Below, one piece after another: positions 54,182-63,897 of a DNA stretch of 64,000 bases. This DNA is from Patescibacteria group bacterium (GTDB lineage: Bacteria; Patescibacteriota; Minisyncoccia; UBA9983). The DNA lies in assembly GCA_018895015.1 (NCBI GenBank), contig JAHIOX010000015.1, positions 11,533 through 75,532 of the forward strand, written 5' to 3'. The notes beneath the pieces are model-generated. The model saw only the letters and a list, made by a program, of their open reading frames with translations, had not been told where the DNA came from and ran no database searches. Numbering within the stretch: the stretch's first letter is position 1; each line of letters begins with the position of its first letter. The translations under genes and the position numbers were made by a program.

Positions 54182-54212
54182 AAAGAAAAAAGCCCCTAGA
54201 CAAACTCGGGGC
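54182..54212 (-). terminator. Terminator after the tmk-thyA-hypothetical cassette
   Basis: GCCCC...GGGGC hairpin followed by T tract on the minus strand. Confidence 0.6.
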
Positions 54213-54228
54213 CCTTAATTTTGCAAAT

Positions 54229-54462
54229 TTAAATAAGATTAGTAAATCCTTCGGGAATGTTTTTTTCAAGGAACTCCTCGTAAACCATCAAGGTCATGTC
54301 GTTTATTTCCTCATCAGACATGCCATGGCGCATTTTTAGTTTTTTGACAAATTCAAGATACCATTCTTCTTTGGAGCTTACATACGATTGCTTCAAAAGT
54401 CGCTTTTTTATTTCTTCTTTAAACTCTTGCTTAATTTCCGATAAATTATCGCCTGATCCCAT
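54229..54462 (-). CDS. Hypothetical protein
   Basis: 77-aa ORF; GGAGGTG 4 nt upstream. Confidence 0.6.
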   Translation of the reverse strand: MGSGDNLSEIKQEFKEEIKKRLLKQSYVSSKEEWYLEFVKKLKMRHGMSDEEINDMTLMVYEEFLEKNIPEGFTNLI

Positions 54463-54480
54463 GTAACACCTCCGCCCATT

Positions 54481-55206
54481 TTATTCTAAAGTTTTAGCGA
54501 AAGACGCTTTATCCAAGAGAACATTTTCGTCAACAACAACTTTGTCTACATTTAGCGCGTTGACCAGTTCAAAATACTGGTCATAAATATGCAACCCGTC
54601 GCTATAAGCGATTAAATCGCCGTCAACTAAATTCAGGCCGTCCAGATGCGCGAGAACATATTCCTTAACCATCTGCAATCCGCCGAGATTTTCCGGTAAG
54701 CCGGCGAATAAATCCCACGAACGGAAAAAAACTGCCATATTTAATTTCCCGTTCACAACCTTGAAATCAATCACGCGCAAACAAGGTGGGTCGGGTAGGA
54801 AAATTGATTCTTTATCCCCGACAGAAATACAAGCCTGATTTGTGTTTCCGTTTGAGCTTTGCAATAAATCAATAACGCGAGGTAATTGCGGTTTTATATA
54901 GCTTCCGTAAGTATACTGTTCGTTTTTTTCCAGCTTATCCTCCATAAGATATCCCAGAAAATATTTTTCTATTTTTTCTTCGCTTGTGGGCGAAGGCCAC
55001 GGAGGCGGCACAATAGGCGCCAGCGGCCTTTTAGCGGGCTCTTTTATTTTCAGAACCACATAAGGCAGCTGTTTCCTTATCTGCCCCACATAACTACCGC
55101 CTTTTACCACAAAATCATAGCCCTGCATTACGCAAAGCCACATTACTTCCCGCCAAACATCATCTATTCTATTGCCTTCCACATAATTCGTCTTAAAATC
55201 TATCAT
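54481..55206 (-). CDS. thyA: Thymidylate synthase, short archaeal-like type
   Basis: YTYG, PPCLR (catalytic Cys), FRSWD, P.NLGG, LHIY. Confidence 0.85.
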   Translation of the reverse strand: MIDFKTNYVEGNRIDDVWREVMWLCVMQGYDFVVKGGSYVGQIRKQLPYVVLKIKEPAKRPLAPIVPPPWPSPTSEEKIEKYFLGYLMEDKLEKNEQYTYGSYIKPQLPRVIDLLQSSNGNTNQACISVGDKESIFLPDPPCLRVIDFKVVNGKLNMAVFFRSWDLFAGLPENLGGLQMVKEYVLAHLDGLNLVDGDLIAYSDGLHIYDQYFELVNALNVDKVVVDENVLLDKASFAKTLE

Positions 55207-55835
55207 TATACTCTCCCTTCATAAAGAAAATTTCTTACTGCGCATACCACATCTTTCTGCACAACATCTTCATCGCGGCTGGCATCAACTGTAATCCAAT
55301 TTCCGTTCTGTCCGGCTAATTTCAAAAACCCGCTTCTCACTCTTTGATGAAACATGATGTCCTTTACATCAAATCTTGTAATTTCGCCAGCGTTTTTCCT
55401 ACGTTCCAGCCCAATCGCCGGATCTACATCTAAATAAATTATTAAATCCGGTTTAAGATTATTTGTCGCGATGTAATTCAGCTCATCAAAAATAGTTTTA
55501 TATCCTTCCCTCTGCGCGCCAATGATTTGGTACGCGAATGTTGAAGGGCTAAATCTGTCGCAAATGACATTTACGCCATTTTTAAGCGCTGGCCGAATAA
55601 CTTTCGCGCAATGTTCCGCGCGCACGGCGCAGAAAAGAAAAAGTTCCGCGAGCGTCGTTATGTGATTGCTTTTATCCATCAAAATCGCGCGAATCTCTTC
55701 GCCGACTTCCGTTCCGCCCGGCTCGCGAGTGAAAATTGAGTTGCCGATATTTTCTTTTTTCAGCTCCTCTATACAGGTGCTTTTTCCGCTTCCTTCGCCG
55801 CCCTCAATCACAATAAACTTTCCTCGTTCCGACAT
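55206..55835 (-). CDS. tmk: Thymidylate kinase
   Basis: EGGEGSGKST, TREPGGT, CDRF..ST.AYQ; start MSERGK after AGGAG. Confidence 0.93.
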   Translation of the reverse strand: MSERGKFIVIEGGEGSGKSTCIEELKKENIGNSIFTREPGGTEVGEEIRAILMDKSNHITTLAELFLFCAVRAEHCAKVIRPALKNGVNVICDRFSPSTFAYQIIGAQREGYKTIFDELNYIATNNLKPDLIIYLDVDPAIGLERRKNAGEITRFDVKDIMFHQRVRSGFLKLAGQNGNWITVDASRDEDVVQKDVVCAVRNFLYEGRV

Positions 55836-55942
55836 AAATAATCTCCTCTCTTTCTTTAATTTTATTGTCAAAAAAACTAAAAACTCTCTTTATATTCATA
55901 CAACAAAGAGAGTCTAAAGTCAACGCGGCAAATTTTTTCTAT

Positions 55943-56365
55943 TTATTCAATTGAGATGCCCATTGAGCGCGCTGTGCCGGCGATAATTTTTTCCGCCGCT
56001 TTAATATCGTTAGCGTTCAAATCATCCATTTTCCGTTCCGCGATTTCTTTTAACTGCGCTTTGGTGATTTTCCCCGCCTTAGAGGTTATATTCTTGCCAG
56101 AGCCTTTTTCAACGCCGGCCATTTTTCTCAATAAGTCTGACGCTGGCGGAGTTTTTAATTTAAAATCAAATGTTCTGTCTTCGTAAACAGTAATTTCAAC
56201 AGGAATGATATCGCCGGTTTTATCTTTTGTCACGTCATTAAACTTACTGACAAAATCGCTGATATTCAATCCGTGCTGGCCCAAAGCCGGGCCAATCGGA
56301 GGAGCGGGGTTTGCCTTGCCTGCCGGAATTTGTAATTTAATTATAGTTTTTATTTTCTTTGCCAT
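55943..56365 (-). CDS. rplK: 50S ribosomal protein L11
   Basis: [26 protein letters not shown]. Confidence 0.97.
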   Translation of the reverse strand: MAKKIKTIIKLQIPAGKANPAPPIGPALGQHGLNISDFVSKFNDVTKDKTGDIIPVEITVYEDRTFDFKLKTPPASDLLRKMAGVEKGSGKNITSKAGKITKAQLKEIAERKMDDLNANDIKAAEKIIAGTARSMGISIE

Positions 56366-56374
56366 AGTTGATTA

Positions 56375-56920
56375 TTATAACTTTTTAATCTGCAAAAAGT
56401 CCATCTCCAGCGGAGTTTCTCTGCCAAAAATTGAAACAAGCACTTTAAGCTTTCCTTTTTCCTCGTCCACTTCGTTTATTCTGCCTTCAAAATCCTTAAA
56501 TGGGCCGTCAGCGACCCTGACAATATCGCCAATCTTGACATCAATTTTATATTTTGGCTCTTTAACTCCCATTCTTTCAAAAAGATGGTCAACCTCATCT
56601 TTCGCGAGCGGCACCGGCGTGGTGCTTGAACCGACAAAACCTGTTACGCGCGGAGTATTGCGCACCACATACCATGAATTATCGTCAACAACCATATCAA
56701 CAAGAACATAGCCGGGATAAATTTTTTCTTCAACAACCCTTCGTTTGCCTCCATGAATTTTTATTTTTTTCTCCGTCGGCACAACAACACTGAAAATTTT
56801 ATCCTCCATTCCGAGCGATTCAATCCTTTGCTTCAAATTGCGCACCACGGCATCTTCATATCCGGCGTATGTATGAATCGCGTACCAATTTCTTCCGGCG
56901 TGTACTTTTTGTTTTACCAT
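56375..56920 (-). CDS. nusG: Transcription antitermination factor NusG
   Basis: WYAIHT..GYE, PGYVLV, VRNTP.VTGF, GPF.DF.G, IFGRETP. Confidence 0.97.
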   Translation of the reverse strand: MVKQKVHAGRNWYAIHTYAGYEDAVVRNLKQRIESLGMEDKIFSVVVPTEKKIKIHGGKRRVVEEKIYPGYVLVDMVVDDNSWYVVRNTPRVTGFVGSSTTPVPLAKDEVDHLFERMGVKEPKYKIDVKIGDIVRVADGPFKDFEGRINEVDEEKGKLKVLVSIFGRETPLEMDFLQIKKL

Positions 56921-56924
56921 AAAA

Positions 56925-57107
56925 TTATAGAATAAATTGCCTTAAAATATAGCTTAAGGCAATATCAAAAAGGCCCAAAAATAAAGCGATGCCCAAAGAA
57001 ACAGAAATCACGATAATTGTAAAATTAATAGTCTGCTTTCTTGTGGGCCAATTAACATGCTTTAATTCCGCCCTTGTTTCTTTTATATAATTTATTAACT
57101 TGTTCAT
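56925..57107 (-). CDS. secE: Preprotein translocase subunit SecE
   Basis: ELKHVNWPT followed by a TM; upstream of nusG. Confidence 0.92.
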   Translation of the reverse strand: MNKLINYIKETRAELKHVNWPTRKQTINFTIIVISVSLGIALFLGLFDIALSYILRQFIL

Positions 57108-57206
57108 TTTAGCTTCCTTTCAAAAAAGCCCCTCCCGGGCTTATGCAATATTTATATCATACGCTTTTATAAAAAAAGGTCAACCCCGCCTGGCGGGGTC
57201 AAGTCC

Positions 57207-57245
57207 AAAAATAAAATGCCCCGTTCGCGCGAACGCGAACGGGGC
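57207..57245 (-). terminator. Strong intrinsic terminator after the NYN gene
   Basis: 12-bp stem GCCCCGTTCGCG, UUCG loop, then T-rich tail on the minus strand. Confidence 0.8.
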
Positions 57246-57250
57246 TTTCT

Positions 57251-57751
57251 TTATCTAAGCAGAAGCCTTGGCTTGGCCGGCAAAGGCCTCACCGCAATTC
57301 CAAAATTTTCAACAAAATCTTTTAACTCTCTGCCCATCTCTTTTGTATAGGCAAAAAAAGTTAAGGTTTTTCTTTTTTTAATAACTTCTGACGCCAATTC
57401 TATAATATGCTTATCGTGCGTCAGAATTACAAAATCCGTAATTTCTTTATATCGTAAAAAACTTATTCCCATAATTGCCATTCGTGAATCAACCTTATCC
57501 TCCCGCTTTTCAGAATCCGCCAAAGAATCCATTTTCTGGCAGACAACAATTTCAAAGCCCAAATTGTTTACTTTTGGCAAACTATGATAGCTGCCAAATG
57601 GAACGAATATCGCGGCAAAATCCACCTCGCCTATTTCCAAAAACTGCTTCATTAATTCAGCAAAATCTAAACTCTCATTATGCTTTCTCATCTGGGAATC
57701 AACATTGTCGTAATCAATAAAAGCAATTAGTATCCTTCTTTTCTTGCTCAT
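57251..57751 (-). CDS. NYN/LabA (PIN-fold) domain protein
   Basis: FIDYDN, DKVD..M, FVILT.D acidic PIN residues; AAAGGAGGTGA 4 nt upstream. Confidence 0.7.
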   Translation of the reverse strand: MSKKRRILIAFIDYDNVDSQMRKHNESLDFAELMKQFLEIGEVDFAAIFVPFGSYHSLPKVNNLGFEIVVCQKMDSLADSEKREDKVDSRMAIMGISFLRYKEITDFVILTHDKHIIELASEVIKKRKTLTFFAYTKEMGRELKDFVENFGIAVRPLPAKPRLLLR

Positions 57752-57829
57752 CTTTTCACCTCCTTTATTCTGGAGTTAATAAAGGGCCGGGCGCTAGCGC
57801 GATTCACCGGCCCCTGTTTTTCCCGCAAG

Positions 57830-58978
57830 CTATTCCTTCCGCGACAAAGCATAACCTGTCGCAACATAAATCTTGCGACATACATCCAGAACAAACTCCT
57901 GATGCTCTTCCGGGACACTATCTGAAATCTTTTTGTCTTTCAAATAACCGCGATAAGTAGGTACCGCTACCCACTTACCTCTGTCGGCCTCTCGCCATGA
58001 CTTGAGTGAACCGGCGCCGTCTTCAACCCTAACAACCAAAAATGGGAACGCCCCTTTTTTATCCTTATTAAGGTCAACAATTTGGACAATACCGGCACCC
58101 TCGCCCCACCCATTGGGACGTTTTTCGTCGGGCGGTAGATAAAGGGTATAATACCCCTCTTTGCCGTCAGCGATAAGCCTTAATGGCAAGCCATGCCTGG
58201 CACGGATATCCGCGATTCGAGTTGCTTCTTCAGCGAGAGCCTTTTCAGCTTTCTCGCGAGAAAAACCAACGAACCGGTAGACAAGCGCGCGAAGCGCCTT
58301 AAAGATGCGCTTGTCAGCGCCTGACACCTGACCTTCGCGGCCTGGCATTTGAGAAAAAATGTGTAAAAGCACATAATGCCTGTCGCCATTGCGGAAATAA
58401 ACATGATCCGTAGACCATTTCTCGTTTTTTCTCCGGAACTCCTTATCTTCCGCATCTGGCACACGCCCGCGCCCCATCGCGAGTGTCCGGTTGAACATCA
58501 TAAGAACATCGTAGGGATTCCTCGGTTCCAGGTTATCAATCTCCGTGATAAATAAATCCACGGCAAATTGGTCCTGGACGCCCTTGGGTTGGCGTGCCAA
58601 AACATCGTTTATCCGGCTCTGCTCGGACAGAAGCTCCCTTAATTCACGAAATTGCGCGGTCAACTCAATCCCCTCCACCGACTGCAATTCCGCAATTCGC
58701 CGGCAGATTTTGAAATAATCTGCGGCAGACCCAAATACCTGCTCGCTTCTTTTTTTTGCCTCGGCCTTAACGGCCTCGGCGTCAAAATCTTCAGTGGCTT
58801 TCTTTCTCGCCACAAGCCCGTCAATATCCGCCTTGGGCTCTGGCTCGACCAACTTGTTTCCATTTCCGCCGACATTGGTTTTTGGCAGTTTTTCTTTAAT
58901 TTCAGCCAGCGCCGCGAACGGCGTCTGAACAACATTACCTTCACCAAAACTACATTTTAGCGTACTTTCTTTTGGCAT
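57830..58978 (-). CDS. Hypothetical protein (382 aa, visibly more GC-rich than neighbours)
   Basis: Long ORF; GGAGGTG 4 nt upstream; hairpin 57784-57813 downstream. Confidence 0.75.
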   Translation of the reverse strand: MPKESTLKCSFGEGNVVQTPFAALAEIKEKLPKTNVGGNGNKLVEPEPKADIDGLVARKKATEDFDAEAVKAEAKKRSEQVFGSAADYFKICRRIAELQSVEGIELTAQFRELRELLSEQSRINDVLARQPKGVQDQFAVDLFITEIDNLEPRNPYDVLMMFNRTLAMGRGRVPDAEDKEFRRKNEKWSTDHVYFRNGDRHYVLLHIFSQMPGREGQVSGADKRIFKALRALVYRFVGFSREKAEKALAEEATRIADIRARHGLPLRLIADGKEGYYTLYLPPDEKRPNGWGEGAGIVQIVDLNKDKKGAFPFLVVRVEDGAGSLKSWREADRGKWVAVPTYRGYLKDKKISDSVPEEHQEFVLDVCRKIYVATGYALSRKE

Positions 58979-59095
58979 TTCACACCTCCAAAATTTTCAT
59001 TTTCAGAATTTTTTGAGAAAAATACAAGCGCAAAAAACCGGATTTCACCTCCTTTTTTATTTTTTAAGACTGCTTAATCTAAAAAGAATTATAAA

Positions 59096-59896
59096 CTATT
59101 TTATTTCGTATGTCAAGCTAACCGTAGTTGTTATTTTATTTTCACCAGCCGGGATTTCAGGCGCTGGCGCCGCTTCTCCCCCCATGCCAAACCCAGCCGT
59201 TTTCAAATTATATAAATACGGGCTGTCTCCGCCTGATTCAGAAAAGCTTACCAAGCGGACAATCTTTACGCCTAAATCTTTTGCAAGCTGAGCTGATTTT
59301 TCCTTCGCGTCAATAATGGCCTTCTGCCTTGCTTCTCTTTTTGGAGCCTCTTCATCGTCAACAGTAAAATAAATTCCGCCGACCTGATTGGCTCCTGCCA
59401 GCGCCGCGCCAGACAAAATTTTTCCGGTTTCATCAATTTTCCTGATTTTTATCTCTAGAGTCTGCGTTACCGTATATCCTCGGAAAACTCTGCCTTGCTC
59501 TTCAAGATAATCGTAGCGCGGATAAATATTATAATTTGTTGTCTTAATATCTTTATCCTCAATTGATGACCCTTTCAAAAAGGCAATAATTTTATTGATG
59601 TCTTCTGTCGCTTTGTTTTGAGCTTCAGCGACTGAAAGCGCTTCTTTTTCAACCGAAATTGAAATTTTCGCGATATCCGGTTTTGTAAAAATTTCCCCCT
59701 TGCCGCTGACGGTTATGGTGTTTACCGGAATAATATCCTGGCCGATATATTTTCTTTGCTCAATTTCATTGAAAGATTTCGCGATAAAAAAAATGACCAG
59801 CACGGCTAAAAAAACGGAAGCCAGCGCGGCCATTATTTTTTTTAATTTAATAATGGAAGCCTTGTTTCCTTCAGATAAAAAATTTTCGTTAAACAT
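59096..59896 (-). CDS. SIMPL (DUF541/YggE) domain protein
   Basis: ITVSG.G....PD, DIKT..Y.I.P.Y, GAN...I.F, A..DAK.K...LA, I.AGE. Confidence 0.88.
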   Translation of the reverse strand: MFNENFLSEGNKASIIKLKKIMAALASVFLAVLVIFFIAKSFNEIEQRKYIGQDIIPVNTITVSGKGEIFTKPDIAKISISVEKEALSVAEAQNKATEDINKIIAFLKGSSIEDKDIKTTNYNIYPRYDYLEEQGRVFRGYTVTQTLEIKIRKIDETGKILSGAALAGANQVGGIYFTVDDEEAPKREARQKAIIDAKEKSAQLAKDLGVKIVRLVSFSESGGDSPYLYNLKTAGFGMGGEAAPAPEIPAGENKITTTVSLTYEIK

Positions 59897-59938
59897 ATTA
59901 GTATATTTAAATAATAATTTATAAACCAGCTAAATTTT

Positions 59939-60009
59939 TCGGGCTGCGGAGACTCGAACTCCAACTAAATCCTCCCGAAGGACTCGTGCTGCCATTACAC
60001 TACAGCCCG
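59939..60009 (-). tRNA. tRNA-Pro(CGG)
   Basis: CGGGCTG/CAGCCCG acceptor; loop TTCGGGA; GTTCGAGTC T-arm. Confidence 0.92.
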
Positions 60010-60033
60010 ATAGTGTAGGACCTCTCGCAACAA

Positions 60034-60288
60034 TTAAAGACTGTTCAAATCATCGTCAATTTCTTTAAATTCTTTGTCCAAATCAATTGTCTCGATCCCC
60101 TCCAAATCGGCGTTAATATCAGAAACAGAGTCGCTTTCTTTTGGCGTCGCGCTCTGTTGCGGAGCCGTGCTTGGCGGTTCAACCTGTATTGATTCCAGAT
60201 TTCGCGTCTGGCTCCAATAAAACCAGATAGCGACGCCAATTATGGCTAAAATTATAATGACTGTGATTATTATGATTGCTTTATTCAT
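60034..60288 (-). CDS. Small single-TM hypothetical protein with acidic tail
   Basis: N-terminal TM, Pro/Thr linker, D/E-rich C-terminus. Confidence 0.65.
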   Translation of the reverse strand: MNKAIIIITVIIILAIIGVAIWFYWSQTRNLESIQVEPPSTAPQQSATPKESDSVSDINADLEGIETIDLDKEFKEIDDDLNSL

Positions 60289-60325
60289 ATTAAATTAATA
60301 TTAATTTTTAATCTGGCTAAAAAGC

Positions 60326-61159
60326 TTATTCAGCCGGAGTGGATGTCGCCGTTGGTTCCTCTGGCAATTCCAAGCTGTCAATTCCCGAAATTTGATAAAG
60401 CGCCTGCGCGGCTTTTTTTACCGCCTCACGCGCGGCAAATACAGCTTCCCTCACGGCCACCAAATCCGAGTGCAAAAGCTGGCGCGCCTTTCCGACATCC
60501 TGTTTTAACGCGTCTTCGGCATTAACGGTTATCTCATAAGTTTTCGCGGCTTGCGCTTCAATTGCCGCTCGGCTAACCGTTATCTCTTTATTCGCGTCAT
60601 TAATTGCCGTTTGAACAGCTGTTATGTCTCGGCCGTTTGCGGCCGCCTTATCGGCGCGCGAGGCGATTTTACTAAGAACACTTTCCAAATGCGCAAGAAC
60701 ATCGGAAAAATGCTTAAGTATCCTCTCGTTCAGCGCGTTGATATTGTCAGCGATTCTTACGACAATTTCTTTCTTACGCTCGTCTTTTATTTTTTGCAAA
60801 TTTTGTTTCAATTCCTCGCGCTCGGCCTGAATTTTATTTTTAACTTCTTCGCGCTTATTTTCAATTTTTTCCTTAAACTCATTCTGTTTCCGCTCGCGCA
60901 AAGTATTTGCCTCTTCCAGCCTGCTCTGAAATTCTTGCCTTAATTTCTGTACTGCCTCTTTTGATTCAATTCTTATCTCTTGTCTTGCCTCATTCATCTC
61001 CTGCGTTGCGCTTTGCTTAATATCGCGAACCTCGTTGCGTATAGCTTCGCGCTTTTCGTTTAAAATATCATCCGGCGCGGAAACGACTTGCGCCACGACC
61101 GGCATCGCAAAAAACAAAGACAGACTGATTAAAATCATGATTTTACTTATTTTGTTCAT
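60326..61159 (-). CDS. Exported coiled-coil hypothetical protein
   Basis: Signal peptide MNKISK..PVVA, then long E/K/R/A-rich helix. Confidence 0.7.
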   Translation of the reverse strand: MNKISKIMILISLSLFFAMPVVAQVVSAPDDILNEKREAIRNEVRDIKQSATQEMNEARQEIRIESKEAVQKLRQEFQSRLEEANTLRERKQNEFKEKIENKREEVKNKIQAEREELKQNLQKIKDERKKEIVVRIADNINALNERILKHFSDVLAHLESVLSKIASRADKAAANGRDITAVQTAINDANKEITVSRAAIEAQAAKTYEITVNAEDALKQDVGKARQLLHSDLVAVREAVFAAREAVKKAAQALYQISGIDSLELPEEPTATSTPAE

Positions 61160-61352
61160 ATTTTTTATAAAATTAATTATTAAGCCGATAAAATAACACT
61201 TATAAATAAGTATAATATATCGCAAATGTTTGTCCACCCTGTGGGGTATACCTCCAAGTTATGATTCTTGTTATGGTCGCCTAAATTCGCCGCCCTTCGC
61301 GCTGCTCAGGACACTGAATTTTTATAGTCGCTTCGCTCATTAAAAATTCGTG

Positions 61353-61424
61353 GGTGCCTAGAGGGAATCGAACCCTCGATATCAGTTCCACAAACTGAAG
61401 TTTTGCCACTAAACTATAGGCACC
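61353..61424 (-). tRNA. tRNA-His(GTG)
   Basis: G-1:C73; TCAGT-TTGTGGA-ACTGA anticodon arm. Confidence 0.95.
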
Positions 61425-61436
61425 ATAAATATCTTG

Positions 61437-62219
61437 CTATTTTACTTCCATTATTCTTAATTTGCCTTTTTCGTCTTCAACCAAATTTTCTTCCAATTTT
61501 TCTAAATCCAAAAGCTTTTTCGAATTTTTCCCAATCTCGCCGCGCAACATCTCAAACTCTTCTTTTGAAATTCCCTCGGTTTCAAAGTTCCGAAATAAAT
61601 AAAAAAAACGCAAATAATCATCGGCAGGCAGTTGAAACTTATGCGCCGTTGAAAGGTCGCTATATCTGTAATAATCATATTTTTCAAGATAACCGTGCTT
61701 TTTCCTGATTTCATCTTCTAAAATTTGATCATTTCTATTCATTTCCGCAATATAATATTCAAGATATCCGGTTAAATACTTAAGAGTCTCTATCGTTTTT
61801 TTGTAAGAATCTGTTTCTTTTATTTTATCAATATCCTTGCCTTCTCTTTTATAGCGCTCATATCTGTTAGCTTGCCCGAAAATATCATGAAAAAAATTTC
61901 TGACAATATGTTTCAAATTGCTTCTTTTAATCTTTGACAAAGAATAGTCGCTTTCAAACCTAATTTTTATTTTCTCTTTCAAAATCTCAACATTGTCAAT
62001 TAAAAATTTTTTCTCATCTTCGCCAAGATTAATATCTTTTGCCGCAAACTCGCTTGAAAACTCGCCGCTTATAAATTCTTTGGCGTTATCCAATGTTTCC
62101 GTAATTGTTTCCCCTTTGCCTTTTTCCTCCGGCTCTTTCAGCTCCTGTTCAATCAAAATTCTTTTAATTTCTTCCTGCTCTCTCGCTTTATTCAATTGTT
62201 CATAAGAACCTAAAGCCAT
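61437..62219 (-). CDS. Hypothetical highly charged protein
   Basis: 260-aa ORF; no motif recognised. Confidence 0.65.
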   Translation of the reverse strand: MALGSYEQLNKAREQEEIKRILIEQELKEPEEKGKGETITETLDNAKEFISGEFSSEFAAKDINLGEDEKKFLIDNVEILKEKIKIRFESDYSLSKIKRSNLKHIVRNFFHDIFGQANRYERYKREGKDIDKIKETDSYKKTIETLKYLTGYLEYYIAEMNRNDQILEDEIRKKHGYLEKYDYYRYSDLSTAHKFQLPADDYLRFFYLFRNFETEGISKEEFEMLRGEIGKNSKKLLDLEKLEENLVEDEKGKLRIMEVK

Positions 62220-62281
62220 ATTAATGCAAACTTAAATTACGACAAGCAAATTGCCGCGCCGTTAAAATAAAAAATTATAAT

Positions 62282-62530
62282 CTACCCTTCTTCTCTGAAA
62301 ACTTTCGCGCCTTCGTGCGTTTTCCGCTCAACCTTTACGGCAACCTCTTCTCCTGCTTCGCCAAATTGAATCGCCTGGCGCTCAACTTCCATGGATTCAA
62401 TCTTTTGGACAAACTCGTCGTCTGCGTAAATGAATTTCACAATATCGCCAACGCTAAGCTTATCGTTAAGCCGAATAACAGCCACCATCGCCTTGTCAAA
62501 ATAATGGATTACTTTGCCTATTTGTTCCAT
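62282..62530 (-). CDS. Small EF-Tu domain-2-like beta-barrel protein
   Basis: IGKV.HYFDK..VA, L.VGD, QK.ESME......A/G..GE.VA.KV. Confidence 0.75.
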   Translation of the reverse strand: MEQIGKVIHYFDKAMVAVIRLNDKLSVGDIVKFIYADDEFVQKIESMEVERQAIQFGEAGEEVAVKVERKTHEGAKVFREEG

Positions 62531-62614
62531 ATAATTAAGTATTGGCTACTTAATAACTCGACCTGCTTTAATAATACAGGAAAACAAAAAAAGCAAAAGC
62601 CCGATTAAAAAAAC

Positions 62615-62701
62615 TGGTGCGCGGGAGAGGATTTGAACCTCCACGCCCTTGCGGACACCAGCCCCTCAAGCTGGCCTGTCTACCAATTTCAGCACCCGCG
62701 C
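62615..62701 (-). tRNA. tRNA-Leu(GAG)
   Basis: Long variable arm; CCAGC-TTGAGGG-GCTGG; encoded CCA. Confidence 0.95.
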
Positions 62702-62704
62702 GGA

Positions 62705-63115
62705 TTATTCTTTTATCTCTGCTTTGTCTTCTTTGTTCTCTCCTGCCCCTGTCGCTTCCTCAACCATTTCTTTTTTCTCAAAAATTCTTATCTGTTTCAT
62801 TTTTTTCCTAATTTCTTTCGCCGCTTTTCCGCGCACATAATAAAGCTTGGCGCGCCTAGCCTTAGATTTTTTCACTAAATCCACTTTTTCAATATTTGGA
62901 GAAAATAACGGGAAAATTCTTTCAACTCCTATGCCTCCGGAGATTTTTCGAACGGTAAAAGTCGCGCCAGGCTCGCAGCCGTGCTTATGCGCGATAATAA
63001 GGCCTTCAAAAGCCTGAAGCCGAGTTTTATCCCCTTCTTTTATCTTTTGCCAAACCTTAACAGTATTACCGGGCTCAATTTTCCATTTTCCCCTTTGCTC
63101 AATATTAACTGACAT
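62705..63115 (-). CDS. rplS: 50S ribosomal protein L19
   Basis: PG.TV.V...IKEG.K.RLQ.FEG, TFTVRK.S.G.GVER.FP, RRAKLYY.R. Confidence 0.96.
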   Translation of the reverse strand: MSVNIEQRGKWKIEPGNTVKVWQKIKEGDKTRLQAFEGLIIAHKHGCEPGATFTVRKISGGIGVERIFPLFSPNIEKVDLVKKSKARRAKLYYVRGKAAKEIRKKMKQIRIFEKKEMVEEATGAGENKEDKAEIKE

Positions 63116-63136
63116 AACGATTAATAATCTAACATA

Positions 63137-63856
63137 TTATTTTTCCTTCCGCAATCCCTCTAAAAAATTTTCCATGCCAAAAGGCAAATCAGCCTCGATT
63201 CTCGCCAAAGAACCGTTTGGCAAAACAAGCTCAAGATAATTCGCGTGAAGAAAATGCTGTTTTATTTCTGAAGGGCAAAACGCGTTTTTAAATCCGTATA
63301 ACTTGTCGCAAACAATCGGATGTCCAATTTCCCTAAAATGAACTCTTATCTGATGCGTTCTGCCGGTTTTTGGAAAAACTTCAACAAGCGTATATTCAGG
63401 AAATTTTTTAATAATTTTATATTCGGTAATGGCTTCACGGATTTTGCCGGTTATTTCTCCACCCGCGACACGCTTACGGAAATCTTTTTTGCTTTTGGCA
63501 ATCGGCAATTCAATCACGCCTGATTTCGCGCCACCGGGCGGCTTTACATCGCCATGCACCAATGCGATATATTTTTTCTTTATTTTCCTATTTTGAAATT
63601 GCAATTTCAAATATTCAAACGCGCGCTGATTTTTTGCAATCAACAAAACGCCGCTTGTGTCTTTATCCAAACGATGAACAATGCCGGGGCGAAGCTCGGG
63701 TAAATCACCGACATTTTTTACTTCCGGATATTTTTCAACCAGCCAATCAACAAGAGTTTTTTCATGTGTTTTTAGCGCGGGATGGACCAAAAGGCCTGCC
63801 GGCTTATTTATGGCTAGAATGTCTTTGTCTTCGTAGATTATTTTTATATCCTCCAT
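63137..63856 (-). CDS. RluA/RluD-family pseudouridine synthase (no S4 domain)
   Basis: IIYED, NKPAGL.VH, HRLDKDTSG, TGRTHQIRVH, FLHA. Confidence 0.92.
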   Translation of the reverse strand: MEDIKIIYEDKDILAINKPAGLLVHPALKTHEKTLVDWLVEKYPEVKNVGDLPELRPGIVHRLDKDTSGVLLIAKNQRAFEYLKLQFQNRKIKKKYIALVHGDVKPPGGAKSGVIELPIAKSKKDFRKRVAGGEITGKIREAITEYKIIKKFPEYTLVEVFPKTGRTHQIRVHFREIGHPIVCDKLYGFKNAFCPSEIKQHFLHANYLELVLPNGSLARIEADLPFGMENFLEGLRKEK

Positions 63857-63861
63857 TCCAA

Positions 63862-63897
63862 TGGGCGGTATAGGACTCGAACCTATGACCTTCTCGG
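63862..63897 (-). pseudogene. Isolated 3' half of a tRNA (Val-like)
   Basis: CCGAGAAGGTCATAGGTTCGAGTCCTATACCGCCCA has an intact T-arm and acceptor 3' strand; 5' half absent. Confidence 0.8.
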
